A stretch of 61,655 nucleotides of DNA from an uncultured Methanosarcinales archaeon (GCA_964385185.1 CAYLOA010000005.1:1-61655), one strand, 5' to 3'. Shown: positions 46,967 to 57,899, counted from the stretch's first letter. Notes: generated by a model from the sequence alone, not told the origin. Numbers and translations: made by a program.

Positions 46967-47195
46967 ATTCTAGAATCCTGCCTTTTTGGCAATTTTCAAA
47001 CGTTATCTGTTTTTCATCAAATTCAACCTCAACCGCTTCCGCATGACTAGTAGTATGACTGCATACATCTTCATAGGTAGGATTCTCCATCGTCCCCCCT
47101 GTATAACCCACTGTAGTTTTAGTAACTCCTTTGGTAGTCCTAAAATTCTCCTCCACCCCCCAAAAACAACCTGCTGCAAATGTAGCTTTTGCCAT
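46938..47195 (-). pseudogene. msrA: peptide-methionine (S)-S-oxide reductase MsrA, 3'-truncated
   Basis: [31 protein letters not shown]; homology ends at QITFE (~46993), so the HDPT/YRS/C-terminal half is missing. Confidence 0.82.
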
Positions 47196-47287
47196 ACATA
47201 CATACCATCTTATCACTTTATAACCATTTCGAAACAAAACCCATATAAACAACCTAGCCATCTATAATTCTATTGGAAGCGATTAAC

Positions 47288-47884
47288 ATGGAAGAACTAC
47301 CAAAACTAGATTATGAATATGACGCATTAGAACCACATATAGATAAAGAAACGATGGAAATTCATCATTCTAAACATCATCAAGGATATACAGATAAATT
47401 TAATGCAGCAATTGAAGGAACAGACTTAGCCGATAAGAGTGTTTGTGAAATATTAAAAGATTTAGCAGCAGTACCTGAAGATATTAGATCAGCTGTCCAA
47501 AACAATGGTGGCGGTTTTTGCAATCATAGAATATTCTGGAGTATTCTCTCACCAAACGGTGGAGGAGAACCCTCTGGAGCCTTAGCAGAAGCAATAAACA
47601 AAAAATTCGAGTCATTTGAAAAATTCAAAGAAGAATTCTCTGCAGCAGCTGCTACAAGATTTGGCTCAGGCTGGGCATGGTTAGTTCTAAACGATGGAGA
47701 ATTAGAAATTACTTCAACAGCAAATCAAGACTCACCTATCTCTGAAGGTAAAAAACCACTTCTAGGATTAGATGTCTGGGAACACGCTTATTACCTTAAG
47801 TATCAAAACAAAAGAACTGATTACATAGAAGCATTCTGGAATGTTGTTAATTGGGATGAAGTGGGCAAGAGATTCGAAAGTTAA
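47288..47884 (+). CDS. sod: Mn/Fe superoxide dismutase (Mn-type signature)
   Basis: [31 protein letters not shown]. Confidence 0.95.
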   Translation: MEELPKLDYEYDALEPHIDKETMEIHHSKHHQGYTDKFNAAIEGTDLADKSVCEILKDLAAVPEDIRSAVQNNGGGFCNHRIFWSILSPNGGGEPSGALAEAINKKFESFEKFKEEFSAAAATRFGSGWAWLVLNDGELEITSTANQDSPISEGKKPLLGLDVWEHAYYLKYQNKRTDYIEAFWNVVNWDEVGKRFES

Positions 47885-48534
47885 GAAGGATGTTGACTTT
47901 CGTACCAATAATTGTAGGATATTAAGAAAACATCGACTAAATTCACAGATTCTAGTAATTTGTTCAACAGAGGTAGGACATTCCTATGTAAATCTTTTCC
48001 ACCTTGCGGACTTACCATAATTGCTGCATAAGATTCACATCTACCCTGACATAAATGATCAACTTGAGCATACGCTTCTTCATATATCGGAACTATTTGA
48101 GAAAACGAGTCAACAAATCGCGATGATATAGGATCATCTTCTGTAATTTTCTCAATATCGGAGAAGGAATCTGTATACGCAGTCGGATGAGATTGATCCA
48201 ACATAAAAACCACACTTTTTTCTTGTTGAAGTAATTGTAGTTGATAATCAACAATACTTAAATTTAAGGTTTCTATCTCGGGACGTTGTCCAATAACATA
48301 TGCATGAAAACCATTTTTTAGAACAGTAGAACGAGCATATTCTAATTGAGCTTTCAAATAACTACAGTGTAGTTCCATCTTGAATGTGTCTCCTAATATT
48401 TCTTCATCAGGAGTGCCACCTACTGGCAACATAGCCCTAACCTGTTCCTCTCTTACCCTACTTTTTTCTTGTTTACCTGCCAGGAATGTAGTCATAGGTT
48501 TACAAGCCTGAATAAACATATCAGAATCGTCCAT
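47881..48534 (-). CDS. hypothetical protein
   Basis: 217-aa ORF; no motif recognised. Confidence 0.55.
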   Translation of the reverse strand: MDDSDMFIQACKPMTTFLAGKQEKSRVREEQVRAMLPVGGTPDEEILGDTFKMELHCSYLKAQLEYARSTVLKNGFHAYVIGQRPEIETLNLSIVDYQLQLLQQEKSVVFMLDQSHPTAYTDSFSDIEKITEDDPISSRFVDSFSQIVPIYEEAYAQVDHLCQGRCESYAAIMVSPQGGKDLHRNVLPLLNKLLESVNLVDVFLISYNYWYESQHPS

Positions 48535-48610
48535 GATTTCATAATATCTATTCCATTTTTAAACATATCCCTACATATACCTTTATATAACGAATTTCGT
48601 TCCAATCTTT

Positions 48611-49696
48611 ATGCAAGAACAACTCACACAGTCGGCAAAAGACGCTTTAACTAAACAAGCCTATCGAATTATTGGTTCACATAGTGCTGTTAAAACATGC
48701 CACTGGACTAAATCCATGATCAGAGGTAATGGTGGTTGTTACAAATTAACCTTCTATGGTATCATGTCCAACCAATGTATGCAGATGTCAACATCAATTT
48801 CCTGCGCAAACAGATGTTCTTTTTGCTGGAGAGACTACAAATCTCCTGTTTCCAAAGATTGGAGATGGAAAGTAGATGAACCAAACGTAATTTTTGAAGA
48901 ATCTAAACAAAACCATGAAAAATTATTAGTGGGATTCAAAGGAAATGAAAAAAGAAACAAAGGAGCATACTTAGGATCTAAAAATATCAAACATGTTGCA
49001 TTATCATTAACGGGAGAACCTATAGCATATCCAAGAATGAACGAACTTCTAGATTTATTTAACAAAGATGGAGTCTCAACGTTTATAGTAACCAATGCAC
49101 AATTCCCAGATGAAATTAAAAACTTAGAACCCATAACACAATTATACATTTCACTTGATGCTCCCAATAAATCATTGTTAAAAACAGTTGACCTTCCTTT
49201 ATTTTCGGACTATTGGGAGAGATTAAACTCATCATTAGATCATTTAGCAAAAAAACCAGAGAGAACTACTATTAGATTAACCTTAGTAAAAGGAATAAAC
49301 GATAAAGATATGGAAGACTATGCAACCTTAATCAAAAAAGGAGATCCTGATTTTATAGAAATCAAAGCATACATGCACGTAGGTGCATCTATGCAACGTT
49401 TGAACAGAGATAATATGCCAACACATGGAGAAGTGGTTGATAAAACTAAAGAACTTGCAAAATTCCTGGAAGATTACGAATTAGTCTCTGAGCATATTTC
49501 TAGTCGTGTAGTTATGATGGCTAAAAAGAAATTTAAAATTAAAGGAGAATGGCATACCTGGATTGACTTTCCTAAGTTTCAAGAATTAGCTATTGCTAAG
49601 AAACCCTTCACAGCTATGGACTATACTAAACTTACACCTAAGAGATGGATTGGGATTAAAGGAACGTATGAAGAAACTGAATTTATTTCACAATAA
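48611..49696 (+). CDS. taw1: 4-demethylwyosine synthase Tyw1 (radical SAM)
   Basis: HSAVKTCHWT, CYK..FYGI.S.QC, CANRCSFCWR, ALSLTGEP, FIEIKAYM.VG. Confidence 0.93.
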   Translation: MQEQLTQSAKDALTKQAYRIIGSHSAVKTCHWTKSMIRGNGGCYKLTFYGIMSNQCMQMSTSISCANRCSFCWRDYKSPVSKDWRWKVDEPNVIFEESKQNHEKLLVGFKGNEKRNKGAYLGSKNIKHVALSLTGEPIAYPRMNELLDLFNKDGVSTFIVTNAQFPDEIKNLEPITQLYISLDAPNKSLLKTVDLPLFSDYWERLNSSLDHLAKKPERTTIRLTLVKGINDKDMEDYATLIKKGDPDFIEIKAYMHVGASMQRLNRDNMPTHGEVVDKTKELAKFLEDYELVSEHISSRVVMMAKKKFKIKGEWHTWIDFPKFQELAIAKKPFTAMDYTKLTPKRWIGIKGTYEETEFISQ

Positions 49697-50320
49697 TTAG
49701 GTCATATGATTAGTAAGGCAGAATCTAAAGGTGTGCAGATGACTATCCCATTCTGCTTTCATTTTAGGACTTACTGGACCTGTTTTTGCATTCTTTAAAA
49801 CTGTTTTACCTGTGCTTACAGTTGGTGCAGGATCATATCCTTTCTCTCCACCACTCATGCTATAGAATAAAGCTCCCCCAGATCGATAACTATCTGGATA
49901 ACCAGGAGAAGAAAGTACAAAAGGATCTTTGTTTGGATTAGGTATACGTCTTGGGTTAAATTCTACCTCGATAGAATTAACTTTTGCAACTCTGCTAACC
50001 TGTACCTCAACGAGTCCCAAATGGGGATTGGATGCCGACTCTTCAAGAGATTCAGATCTCCTTAATGATTGATATACCAAATCTGCTGCATCTTCTTGTC
50101 CATCATATTCTAAGGTAACTCTTCCTATTGGAATAAAATCATTTGGCATATCAGATGCTAACATGAATGGTATCTCCACATACTTTTCAGTAGAAATTCT
50201 TCGTTTTAATGGATTACTTCTTGGCTGTTGACCTTTTATAACATATCCAGAAATATCAAAATTACTTGCAATCGGTAATTCATGTTTTACTCCATCACTA
50301 TTCAACATCTTAGATGACAT
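49697..50320 (-). CDS. hypothetical protein
   Basis: 207-aa ORF; no motif recognised. Confidence 0.55.
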   Translation of the reverse strand: MSSKMLNSDGVKHELPIASNFDISGYVIKGQQPRSNPLKRRISTEKYVEIPFMLASDMPNDFIPIGRVTLEYDGQEDAADLVYQSLRRSESLEESASNPHLGLVEVQVSRVAKVNSIEVEFNPRRIPNPNKDPFVLSSPGYPDSYRSGGALFYSMSGGEKGYDPAPTVSTGKTVLKNAKTGPVSPKMKAEWDSHLHTFRFCLTNHMT

Positions 50321-50344
50321 AGGTCTATATCCATCAGTCCTTAT

Positions 50345-50941
50345 TCAAATCAAAGGAAGTCTCTCAACTTCCAGAGATAGTGTGCAATCACCCTGAGGAA
50401 TTATAAATCCCTCGTGAAATCCAGAGATAGCACCTCTTACTTCATCTTCACAGGGAATATTAAGTGGAACAACTATATCATTAATGTTACTTCCTTCATG
50501 CACTGAAATAGTATGTTCTTCAGAAGAAATTCCAAATAATTCCTCACCATAATTAAGTAAAAAAGCATACTGAAATTCACCCTCGGCTGGAAATACCACC
50601 CTAGGATATAATCCTGTAATTAAAGGTTGATCTCCACTCAAGGCATCATCTAATGGAACAGCTTTTTCAAATTTCATTCTTTCAAATTGTTCACCTTGTT
50701 TGTACACCATTCCTATATGAAGTCCATTTTGATTATTAATAGATAATCTTGTATCGGACAGAGCAACAGATCGACATTGTCTTACATTTTGATCAGCTAA
50801 TTGGTCAATAGATGACATTCCTGCCCGGAAATAATTTATACCTTTAGCATACGGCAAAACTCCCTTTTCAGGGGAGGGATAACTCCAAGTTGCAAATTGA
50901 TCGTTTAGAAAATCATCTGTCATACTTTGTACATTATTCAT
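50345..50941 (-). CDS. hypothetical protein
   Basis: 198-aa ORF, beta-rich C half; no family recognised. Confidence 0.55.
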   Translation of the reverse strand: MNNVQSMTDDFLNDQFATWSYPSPEKGVLPYAKGINYFRAGMSSIDQLADQNVRQCRSVALSDTRLSINNQNGLHIGMVYKQGEQFERMKFEKAVPLDDALSGDQPLITGLYPRVVFPAEGEFQYAFLLNYGEELFGISSEEHTISVHEGSNINDIVVPLNIPCEDEVRGAISGFHEGFIIPQGDCTLSLEVERLPLI

Positions 50942-51013
50942 ACATTATTCATACAAACTAAGAAGCTATTTACATTTATAAATTTATGTGTTTGAAGATA
51001 CTCCTGTTATATC

Positions 51014-52051
51014 TCAATGATTCTGAATACGGAATGTTGCTATATCAGAAGCTACAATATCGTTTCTCCCATGTAAATCCCTATAATCTCGATCTAAAAG
51101 CAGACTAAAGACTGCTCCAGCATATTCAGGGATAGCATTAAACAGATATTCTCCAGATCTTTGTTGAACACAACTTATGACGTGATTCCTAGTATTACTA
51201 TTGAGATGTAGCATATTGATTTTTTCTCGCTCTTTAAATCCAATTTCCATAGGTTCATCAAGAAACTCACTGAGTAATCGTTTGGCAACATATTCTTGAT
51301 AATCGGTTGCTCCAACCTGAGCAATTTGACAATCCATTTGAAATTCTAATTGCTGCAAACCAGCACATATTGTATACTCTTCCGCCTCTAAGGCCTCAAT
51401 CATACGATGCTTTAAACTATATTCTACGGGCTTAGAAATTCCCATGGAATAATTATTCGGAAGAACACTCCAATCTCTCCCAGAATGATTTAAATGTCGA
51501 CTTACACACCCCCATATTTGAGCACTACCTTCAGAACTTACATGATCACTGCCCATAGCTATACCGCCTGATCCCTCTGTTATAATTATTCCATCGCTAC
51601 CTTCACCGTTTTGAGCTTCATCATATAGTTGTTGAGCAAACTTCTTATTACCTCTAAATACAGCACTTAATGCAAGCATAGCATTTTGAATCTGTAGGTA
51701 TTCGGGATAGTGTGCATGAACATCTGCATCATCTGAACAATGAACCAATACCCGCATGCATTGCTCAGCTTTATCGATATCCTCAAGTGATTGTAAGCTA
51801 TCAGTCAGACACAGATACCTCCCTCTTGCCATATAAATACTTGATTCTGCCCAAACCTCTGCCACAATTTCCTCTCCAAGTCTCACAGATGATTCATCAT
51901 CACATAAAATGGATTTCCCGAATTCTAGCAATACCTCTTCTAACATAGAATCATTCCCTTCAAATAAGGGTCCTGATAAAGGAATTTCTTCGATAGTCCT
52001 CCCCCTATATTCTATACCAAAATCTAATTTTTTAAATTCACGATTATCCAT
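51014..52051 (-). CDS. hypothetical protein
   Basis: 345-aa acidic ORF; no motif recognised. Confidence 0.6.
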   Translation of the reverse strand: MDNREFKKLDFGIEYRGRTIEEIPLSGPLFEGNDSMLEEVLLEFGKSILCDDESSVRLGEEIVAEVWAESSIYMARGRYLCLTDSLQSLEDIDKAEQCMRVLVHCSDDADVHAHYPEYLQIQNAMLALSAVFRGNKKFAQQLYDEAQNGEGSDGIIITEGSGGIAMGSDHVSSEGSAQIWGCVSRHLNHSGRDWSVLPNNYSMGISKPVEYSLKHRMIEALEAEEYTICAGLQQLEFQMDCQIAQVGATDYQEYVAKRLLSEFLDEPMEIGFKEREKINMLHLNSNTRNHVISCVQQRSGEYLFNAIPEYAGAVFSLLLDRDYRDLHGRNDIVASDIATFRIQNH

Positions 52052-52214
52052 ACCAGTTAGAAGTTTAATAATACCATATAAAATCTTTGGTTTTGGAGAG
52101 AATTAAACCTTTTTACCAATCACATGATCTTTAATTTTAAGGATATACATTATTCGTACCCTAATACGATTTTCACACCAACCTTTTATATACTATGTAA
52201 GATCCCAATCCAAG

Positions 52215-52781
52215 ATGTCCAACAAAGAATCAGCACTACAATTTGCAGAACCCATACTCTTTGAGGGAAGACGAATTGTATACAATGATTTTCCATTTCT
52301 TCCCAATTCTGATGTCCACGATTCACTCCATGTATTTGGCAATACACCTAGATCTGAGCGGAGGATATCCGTAGTCGATAATTCAATATCTTACACCGAT
52401 TTCGAAAGAAAAATTGATGTGGCAGACTTAAATGGAGCATTTGAAGAAAAACTAAGAATTATGCATGAATATATCAGCTCCATTGCCCCTACATTGTTGG
52501 ATTTACATAATGGAATTGCAGGAACAAGAGGCACAGGTATAGGACTAACATTGGCAATGTATAAAGATACTATAGTAGCTAGAATGTATTCTTCTAATGT
52601 AATGATGGATTCTGGATCAATCCAGACCACAATGCAAATAACCAAAACAGGAGTGCCCATATGTGGGGGTAAAATCCTCGCTCCAAGATTCACTGATCTA
52701 TCTGAAACTACAAAGTATTTCCTAGAACCTGATTTCAGAACATCTCATGGTCCCACACCTGTGTATAAGTTTAGAAAATAA
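52215..52781 (+). CDS. hypothetical protein
   Basis: 188-aa ORF after a TATA-like TTTTATATA; no motif recognised. Confidence 0.55.
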   Translation: MSNKESALQFAEPILFEGRRIVYNDFPFLPNSDVHDSLHVFGNTPRSERRISVVDNSISYTDFERKIDVADLNGAFEEKLRIMHEYISSIAPTLLDLHNGIAGTRGTGIGLTLAMYKDTIVARMYSSNVMMDSGSIQTTMQITKTGVPICGGKILAPRFTDLSETTKYFLEPDFRTSHGPTPVYKFRK

Positions 52782-52788
52782 TAAATCC

Positions 52789-53388
52789 TTAGTAAAACTT
52801 CTTCATAGCTTTATATACCATTTTATGAATGTCTTCCTTAATCTTATCATCCAACTGCCGTGCAGGTCCATATCGAATAACTTTAGCCTTTACCCCAAAG
52901 AATCTCAAACAATCAATCTTAGCATGTTTCATGGCTCTCCTCTTCATGAAAAACCACCAAGCCCACCAAGGACCTCCTGTTGTAATGAACACTAATGCTT
53001 TCTTTCCTTTAAGTAAAGGTTTTGGCAATGCACCAAATATCGGTGCTGGAACATACTTAAATGCAAAATGTGAAACAAACACTTTCTCGATAAATCCTTT
53101 GAGAATGGCTGGCATACTTCCCCACCACACTGGATAGACAAAGATTAATTTCTTAGCATCCAAAACCTGTTTTTGAATAGCCTTATTGACTTTACTCACT
53201 TTCCGATGTTTAGCTCCCGCTGTGTAATGCTCATCTTCATGCAAAACAGGATCGTACTTCATCTTATACAGATTGAAAAAATCATATTTGATTTTGTGCT
53301 TATCCAAATAGGTCAACACATTATCAAATATTTCAGGACAATGTCCTGGAGTAGAGGGATGAGCGTAGATTACTAACGTATCACTCAA
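52789..53388 (-). CDS. NAD(P)H-dependent (quinone) oxidoreductase, flavodoxin-like fold
   Basis: IYAHP, VYPVWWGSMPAILKGFIEKVF, ITTGG. Confidence 0.9.
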   Translation of the reverse strand: MSDTLVIYAHPSTPGHCPEIFDNVLTYLDKHKIKYDFFNLYKMKYDPVLHEDEHYTAGAKHRKVSKVNKAIQKQVLDAKKLIFVYPVWWGSMPAILKGFIEKVFVSHFAFKYVPAPIFGALPKPLLKGKKALVFITTGGPWWAWWFFMKRRAMKHAKIDCLRFFGVKAKVIRYGPARQLDDKIKEDIHKMVYKAMKKFY

Positions 53389-53804
53389 AAGAGTTCACCC
53401 TTAGTCATCATTTTCTCCAAACTTGCTTTACCATTTCCATGTTGAACAACAAGTAAGAAACATGCAAAGTACAAGACAGCTAATTCTCCTCGATTTACAA
53501 TCGGAAATAATCCCAATCCTAATACAAATCCTGGAAAGTGTGCCTTGAAATAAGCTAATAACATTAAAATAACGCCACCAGCTCCTGCTAATCTAGACCA
53601 AAAGCCAACTAAGATGGCTAATCCACCAATTATTTCAAAAATACCTACAATACCAAATGTACTCATCAAAGCTGCAGCAGGATTTTCTGTAAACCATCCT
53701 AATACTTTCTGAGCTCCATGACAGAAGAACATTAATCCAATTAAAATCCTAAATATAACATAAAATTGATCATGATATTTATTCACATATTTTCCGATAT
53801 ACAT
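53385..53804 (-). CDS. DoxX-family membrane protein
   Basis: RILIGLMFFCHGAQK, GFWSR.A, Y..AH, NRGELA. Confidence 0.88.
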   Translation of the reverse strand: MYIGKYVNKYHDQFYVIFRILIGLMFFCHGAQKVLGWFTENPAAALMSTFGIVGIFEIIGGLAILVGFWSRLAGAGGVILMLLAYFKAHFPGFVLGLGLFPIVNRGELAVLYFACFLLVVQHGNGKASLEKMMTKGELF

Positions 53805-53893
53805 AGTATCACCCTACATCCATGAGTTTTACTTATTAATAAATGTTGTGTCCATTAAGAAACATTTAAATATTCACCTATTAAAAAACTGTC

Positions 53894-54439
53894 ATGAAGA
53901 AACTACTTTTGTTTATTACTATCTGTATATTAGCAACAGCTGTTGTGTTTGCAGCAGGCTCAACAGCAGGAGCAGTTAAGAAAACAGATAGATATGGAAA
54001 CTCAGAAATTAACTGTGAAGGATTCTCAGTTGCAAAGAATAGGATTAAATGCAGATTACAAAATGATAAAGATGCATATGGCAATCCAGAACCGTGCCGT
54101 GCATTATCTAGCAATCAAGCAGAAGCTTGTGTCCAATTATACACAGATTCACTCCCTTGCTATAAAAAAAGAGGAACAGAAAAAGATGCTTGTTTTAAAG
54201 GACTCACCATAGCTAAAGACGCAAGCTCAAAAAGAGAATACATTTTATTGTTACTATACGATCTTGAAGAAATAGCTGAAGAAGGTTTTGAAGATAATCT
54301 CTTAACTGCTGAAGAAACGGCAACCGTTATTGATGATATTGTTTCAATAAAAATAAACGTTATGAAATTCAGTCCAAAATCACAAATAAAATCTGAATTA
54401 GCTGCATTAAAAGCAAGTTGGCCAGAGGTGCTCTCATGA
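53894..54439 (+). CDS. secreted Cys-rich hypothetical protein
   Basis: Signal-peptide-like N-terminus; six Cys in the mature region. Confidence 0.6.
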   Translation: MKKLLLFITICILATAVVFAAGSTAGAVKKTDRYGNSEINCEGFSVAKNRIKCRLQNDKDAYGNPEPCRALSSNQAEACVQLYTDSLPCYKKRGTEKDACFKGLTIAKDASSKREYILLLLYDLEEIAEEGFEDNLLTAEETATVIDDIVSIKINVMKFSPKSQIKSELAALKASWPEVLS

Positions 54440-54630
54440 AATGGATCTTTAGTCTAATAATAATTACATTACTAATAGGATGTTATCAACCAGAAGTACA
54501 AGCTCCAGAACCAGTTGTCCAAGAAACAATTGAAACGGTTGAAGTGCCAGTTGAACCTGAACATGCAGACCTTCAAACTGCAGATGATACATTCACACAA
54601 TTAGAAAAAACAATAGAAACTTTAGATTAA
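54436..54630 (+). CDS. small putative lipoprotein
   Basis: ATG 54436 overlaps the upstream stop; MKWIFSLIIITLLIGC lipobox-like, acidic tail. Confidence 0.55.
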   Translation: MKWIFSLIIITLLIGCYQPEVQAPEPVVQETIETVEVPVEPEHADLQTADDTFTQLEKTIETLD

Positions 54631-55001
54631 CCTTCTAAACAAATCTTACAATCGTGAGGTAATCCTTTATCCATCTTTTTATGCATTTTACAAACACTAT
54701 CTGCAGCACGTAAACTTACAATCAATCGATGCATTTCCTGCATAATATGTTCACCAGCAAGAATCTTATCAGCAGCATTTACAATTTTCTTTTTCTCCTC
54801 TGTATCAAATTGTAATTCATTCCCACGTTTATCAGAAAGATATTGGGAGATAGCAGCTTCACTAATTCCTAATAAGTCAGCAGATTGTTTTTGAGATTTA
54901 CCCTTAGCAATAAACGCTTTCGCTAACTCTCTTCTAATAGCTGGAATTACAAACCACACTTCAATTTCTTGAGGCATAGCCTTAGTAAGTGATTTCGCCA
55001 T
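54627..55001 (-). CDS. archaeal HTH transcriptional regulator (COG2522-like) with C-terminal Cys/His cluster
   Basis: VIPAIRRELAK, SQKQSADLLGISEAAISQYLS.KRG, C..H......C..C; divergent from the suf operon. Confidence 0.8.
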   Translation of the reverse strand: MAKSLTKAMPQEIEVWFVIPAIRRELAKAFIAKGKSQKQSADLLGISEAAISQYLSDKRGNELQFDTEEKKKIVNAADKILAGEHIMQEMHRLIVSLRAADSVCKMHKKMDKGLPHDCKICLEG

Positions 55002-55084
55002 ATTATCATGATTCCTACCTTAGTATATAATTGTTGTGTTGTAGCAAAACCTTTATAAACCGATTATACTTAACAATTGTTAAG

Positions 55085-56515
55085 ATGCCACCATCAGAAT
55101 CTGCACAAGATAATAATATGGACGATTTTACTATAGATAGATCTACATACGACCAAGCAAACGAAGAACGATTATCATTCAAAGCAGCTCCTGGTTTAAC
55201 TGAAGAATTAGTCAGAAAAATCTCAAAAAAGAAAGATGAACCAGAGTGGATGTTAAAGAAACGATTAGAAGGATTAAAACTATTCCATGAATTAAAAATG
55301 CCAGATTGGGGTCCAGATTTATCAAAACTTGATTTATCAAAGATTATATTCTACATGGAGCCTGATGCTAAAGCAAATGCAAATACTTGGGAAGAAGTTC
55401 CAGAAGATATTAGAAAAACATATGAAAAATTAGGAATCCCAGAAGCAGAAAGAAAATCATTAGGTGGTGTAGGTGCACAATATGAATCTCAAGTGGTATA
55501 TCATAAACTAAGAGAAGATATTGAAAAACAAGGAGTTGTTTTCTTAGACTGTGATGAAGCTCTAAAAGAATATCCCGAATTAATGAAAAAGTACTTTATG
55601 ACGAATTGTGTCTCACCCAAACTCCACAAATTTGCAGCTTTACATGCTGCAGTTTGGTCGGGTGGAACATTTATCTACGTTCCTAAGGGAGTTAAAGTAA
55701 CTGCCCCTCTACAAGCCTATTTCAGGATGAATGCCATGGCAGGTGGTCAATTTGAACATACCCTAATAATCATTGACGAAGGAGCTGAATGCCAATATAT
55801 TGAAGGTTGTTCAGCACCGTCATACACACAAAACTCATTACACGCAGGTTGCGTAGAGATTCACGTTCTAAAGAATGCAAGAGCAAGATACTCAAGTATT
55901 GAAAACTGGAGCAGAAATACCTACAACTTAAACACAAAGCGTGCAGTTTGTCATGAAAATGCAGTTATTGAATGGATTAACGGAAATATGGGATCAAACA
56001 CAACCATGTTGTATCCTGCATCGATGTTAGTAGGAGATAATTCAAAAGCAGATTTTATTGGAATAGCGTATGCAGGAGAAGGACAACATCAAGACACAGG
56101 ATCTAAAATTGTCCATTTTGGAAAAAATACTTCATGTACGGTAACTTCAAAGTCAATTTCAAAAGATGGAGGGATTGCTTCCTACCGAGGACAAGTCTCT
56201 GTAAAAAAAGGAGCATTAAATGCCAAAGTAAAGGTTGACTGTGACGCTTTAATGATGGACTCCACTTCACAATCAAATACCTATCCCTACATGGATGTCC
56301 ATGAATCTACAACAGACATGGCACACGAAGCTACCGTGGGAAAAATTTCAGAAGAACAAGTATTTTACCTGATGAGCAGAGGGATAAGTGCAGAAACAGC
56401 AACTCAAATGATTGTTACCGGTTTTATTGAACCGATTGTAAAGGAACTTCCTCTAGAATATGCAGTAGAATTAAACAGATTAATACAATTAGAAATGGAA
56501 GGATCATTGGGATAA
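55085..56515 (+). CDS. sufB: Fe-S cluster assembly protein SufB
   Basis: AQYESQ, WSGGTFIYVP, GQFEHTL, YIEGCSAP, LHAGCVE, MAHEATVGKI. Confidence 0.95.
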   Translation: MPPSESAQDNNMDDFTIDRSTYDQANEERLSFKAAPGLTEELVRKISKKKDEPEWMLKKRLEGLKLFHELKMPDWGPDLSKLDLSKIIFYMEPDAKANANTWEEVPEDIRKTYEKLGIPEAERKSLGGVGAQYESQVVYHKLREDIEKQGVVFLDCDEALKEYPELMKKYFMTNCVSPKLHKFAALHAAVWSGGTFIYVPKGVKVTAPLQAYFRMNAMAGGQFEHTLIIIDEGAECQYIEGCSAPSYTQNSLHAGCVEIHVLKNARARYSSIENWSRNTYNLNTKRAVCHENAVIEWINGNMGSNTTMLYPASMLVGDNSKADFIGIAYAGEGQHQDTGSKIVHFGKNTSCTVTSKSISKDGGIASYRGQVSVKKGALNAKVKVDCDALMMDSTSQSNTYPYMDVHESTTDMAHEATVGKISEEQVFYLMSRGISAETATQMIVTGFIEPIVKELPLEYAVELNRLIQLEMEGSLG

Positions 56516-56517
56516 TT

Positions 56518-57603
56518 ATGTTTGAAAAAATACAAAAAGAATCACTAGCTAAGTTGAAGAATGCACCTCAACCTACTTACAAGTATGGAATAGGAATTGT
56601 AATCAAACCCTCATTAGATATACAAAAAATCACCCCATCAACTCCTAAAGCTGAAATCACGATCAAATCAGATAAAATTAAGGTTTCTCAAGAATCTCCC
56701 ACAGATAAAGCATTTTTCTCAAAGACATTCACAGACAACACCTATCTAAGCAATTACTTAACAGCACATGCTAATAATTTCATCACGATAACCATTCCAA
56801 AAGATACTCAATTAGAAAAACCGATTGAGATCCACCAAGACATTAGTGAAGGGCCTTTTGTTTCATTAATCCAAATTAAAGCTGAAGCTAATTCAAAAGC
56901 TCAAATATTATTAAAAAAATCTGGAAAAGCAAACTTCGTTGCAGATGATACGAGAATTATAACTGAATCGGGTGCACATATTGACTTTGTCACCTTACAA
57001 CATTTAGATGATAAAACTCACAATGTTCAAAGAAGAATTGCAAAAACGGGAAAAGATTCAGAAGTAAACTGGGTAGACGTTTGCTTGGGCTCAGAATACA
57101 CTAAATCTGATATTATCTCCTCACTTGAACAACCAGGAGCTACTGCAAACAACAAAGTGATCTATTTTGCAAAGAACAATCAAAAATATGATATTTATAC
57201 AGCATCACTACACAATGCACCCAACACCTATTCCGATATTGTAACAAAAGGTGTCTTAAACGACACAGCAAAAGCATTAAGCAGAGGATTAGTCGAAATT
57301 AACAAAAATGCAGAGAATTCAAATGGATATGAAACTCAAGATGCACTTCTCCTTTCAGATAAAGCAGAAGCTGATGCTATACCAAATTTAGTAATCCACA
57401 ATCACGATGTAAAGTGTTCACACGGTTCTACTGTGGGGCAAATTGATGAAGAGATGTTATTCTATCTTATGACAAGAGGATTAACAAAGAAACAAGCAAC
57501 AGCAAAGATTGTTGAAGGATACTTTACACCTGTATTGGATATGTTTAAAGATACAGCCATTAAGGCTGAAGTAGAAAAAGCCGTATTGGAGGGTTTACAA
57601 TGA
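56518..57603 (+). CDS. sufD: Fe-S cluster assembly protein SufD
   Basis: P.L.I...DVKCSHGSTVGQIDEEMLFYL..RGL; follows sufB. Confidence 0.9.
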   Translation: MFEKIQKESLAKLKNAPQPTYKYGIGIVIKPSLDIQKITPSTPKAEITIKSDKIKVSQESPTDKAFFSKTFTDNTYLSNYLTAHANNFITITIPKDTQLEKPIEIHQDISEGPFVSLIQIKAEANSKAQILLKKSGKANFVADDTRIITESGAHIDFVTLQHLDDKTHNVQRRIAKTGKDSEVNWVDVCLGSEYTKSDIISSLEQPGATANNKVIYFAKNNQKYDIYTASLHNAPNTYSDIVTKGVLNDTAKALSRGLVEINKNAENSNGYETQDALLLSDKAEADAIPNLVIHNHDVKCSHGSTVGQIDEEMLFYLMTRGLTKKQATAKIVEGYFTPVLDMFKDTAIKAEVEKAVLEGLQ

Positions 57604-57899
57604 GCGAAGCACTAACAAAAGAAGTTGCTATTGAAGAAATGAAAAAGATTGAAGATCCAGAACTTCACATTGATATTTGGACTTTGGGATTAATCAGAGA
57701 GATTAATCTAGATGATAAAAAAGGAACCAAAGTTACTATGACATTAACAAGTCCTGCCTGTCCCTATGGTCCTATTATTATGGATGCCGTTAAGTATGGA
57801 CTTGAAAACAAAGGATTTCCAGAAACAACTATTGACTTAACGTTTGACCCTCCTTGGGAACCATCAGACGACATAAAAATGATGTTAGGATTATCATAA
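57600..57899 (+). CDS. sufT: SufT/PaaD-like (DUF59) protein
   Basis: DPELHIDIWTLGLI, MTLTSPACP, FDPPW. Confidence 0.9.
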   Translation: MSEALTKEVAIEEMKKIEDPELHIDIWTLGLIREINLDDKKGTKVTMTLTSPACPYGPIIMDAVKYGLENKGFPETTIDLTFDPPWEPSDDIKMMLGLS

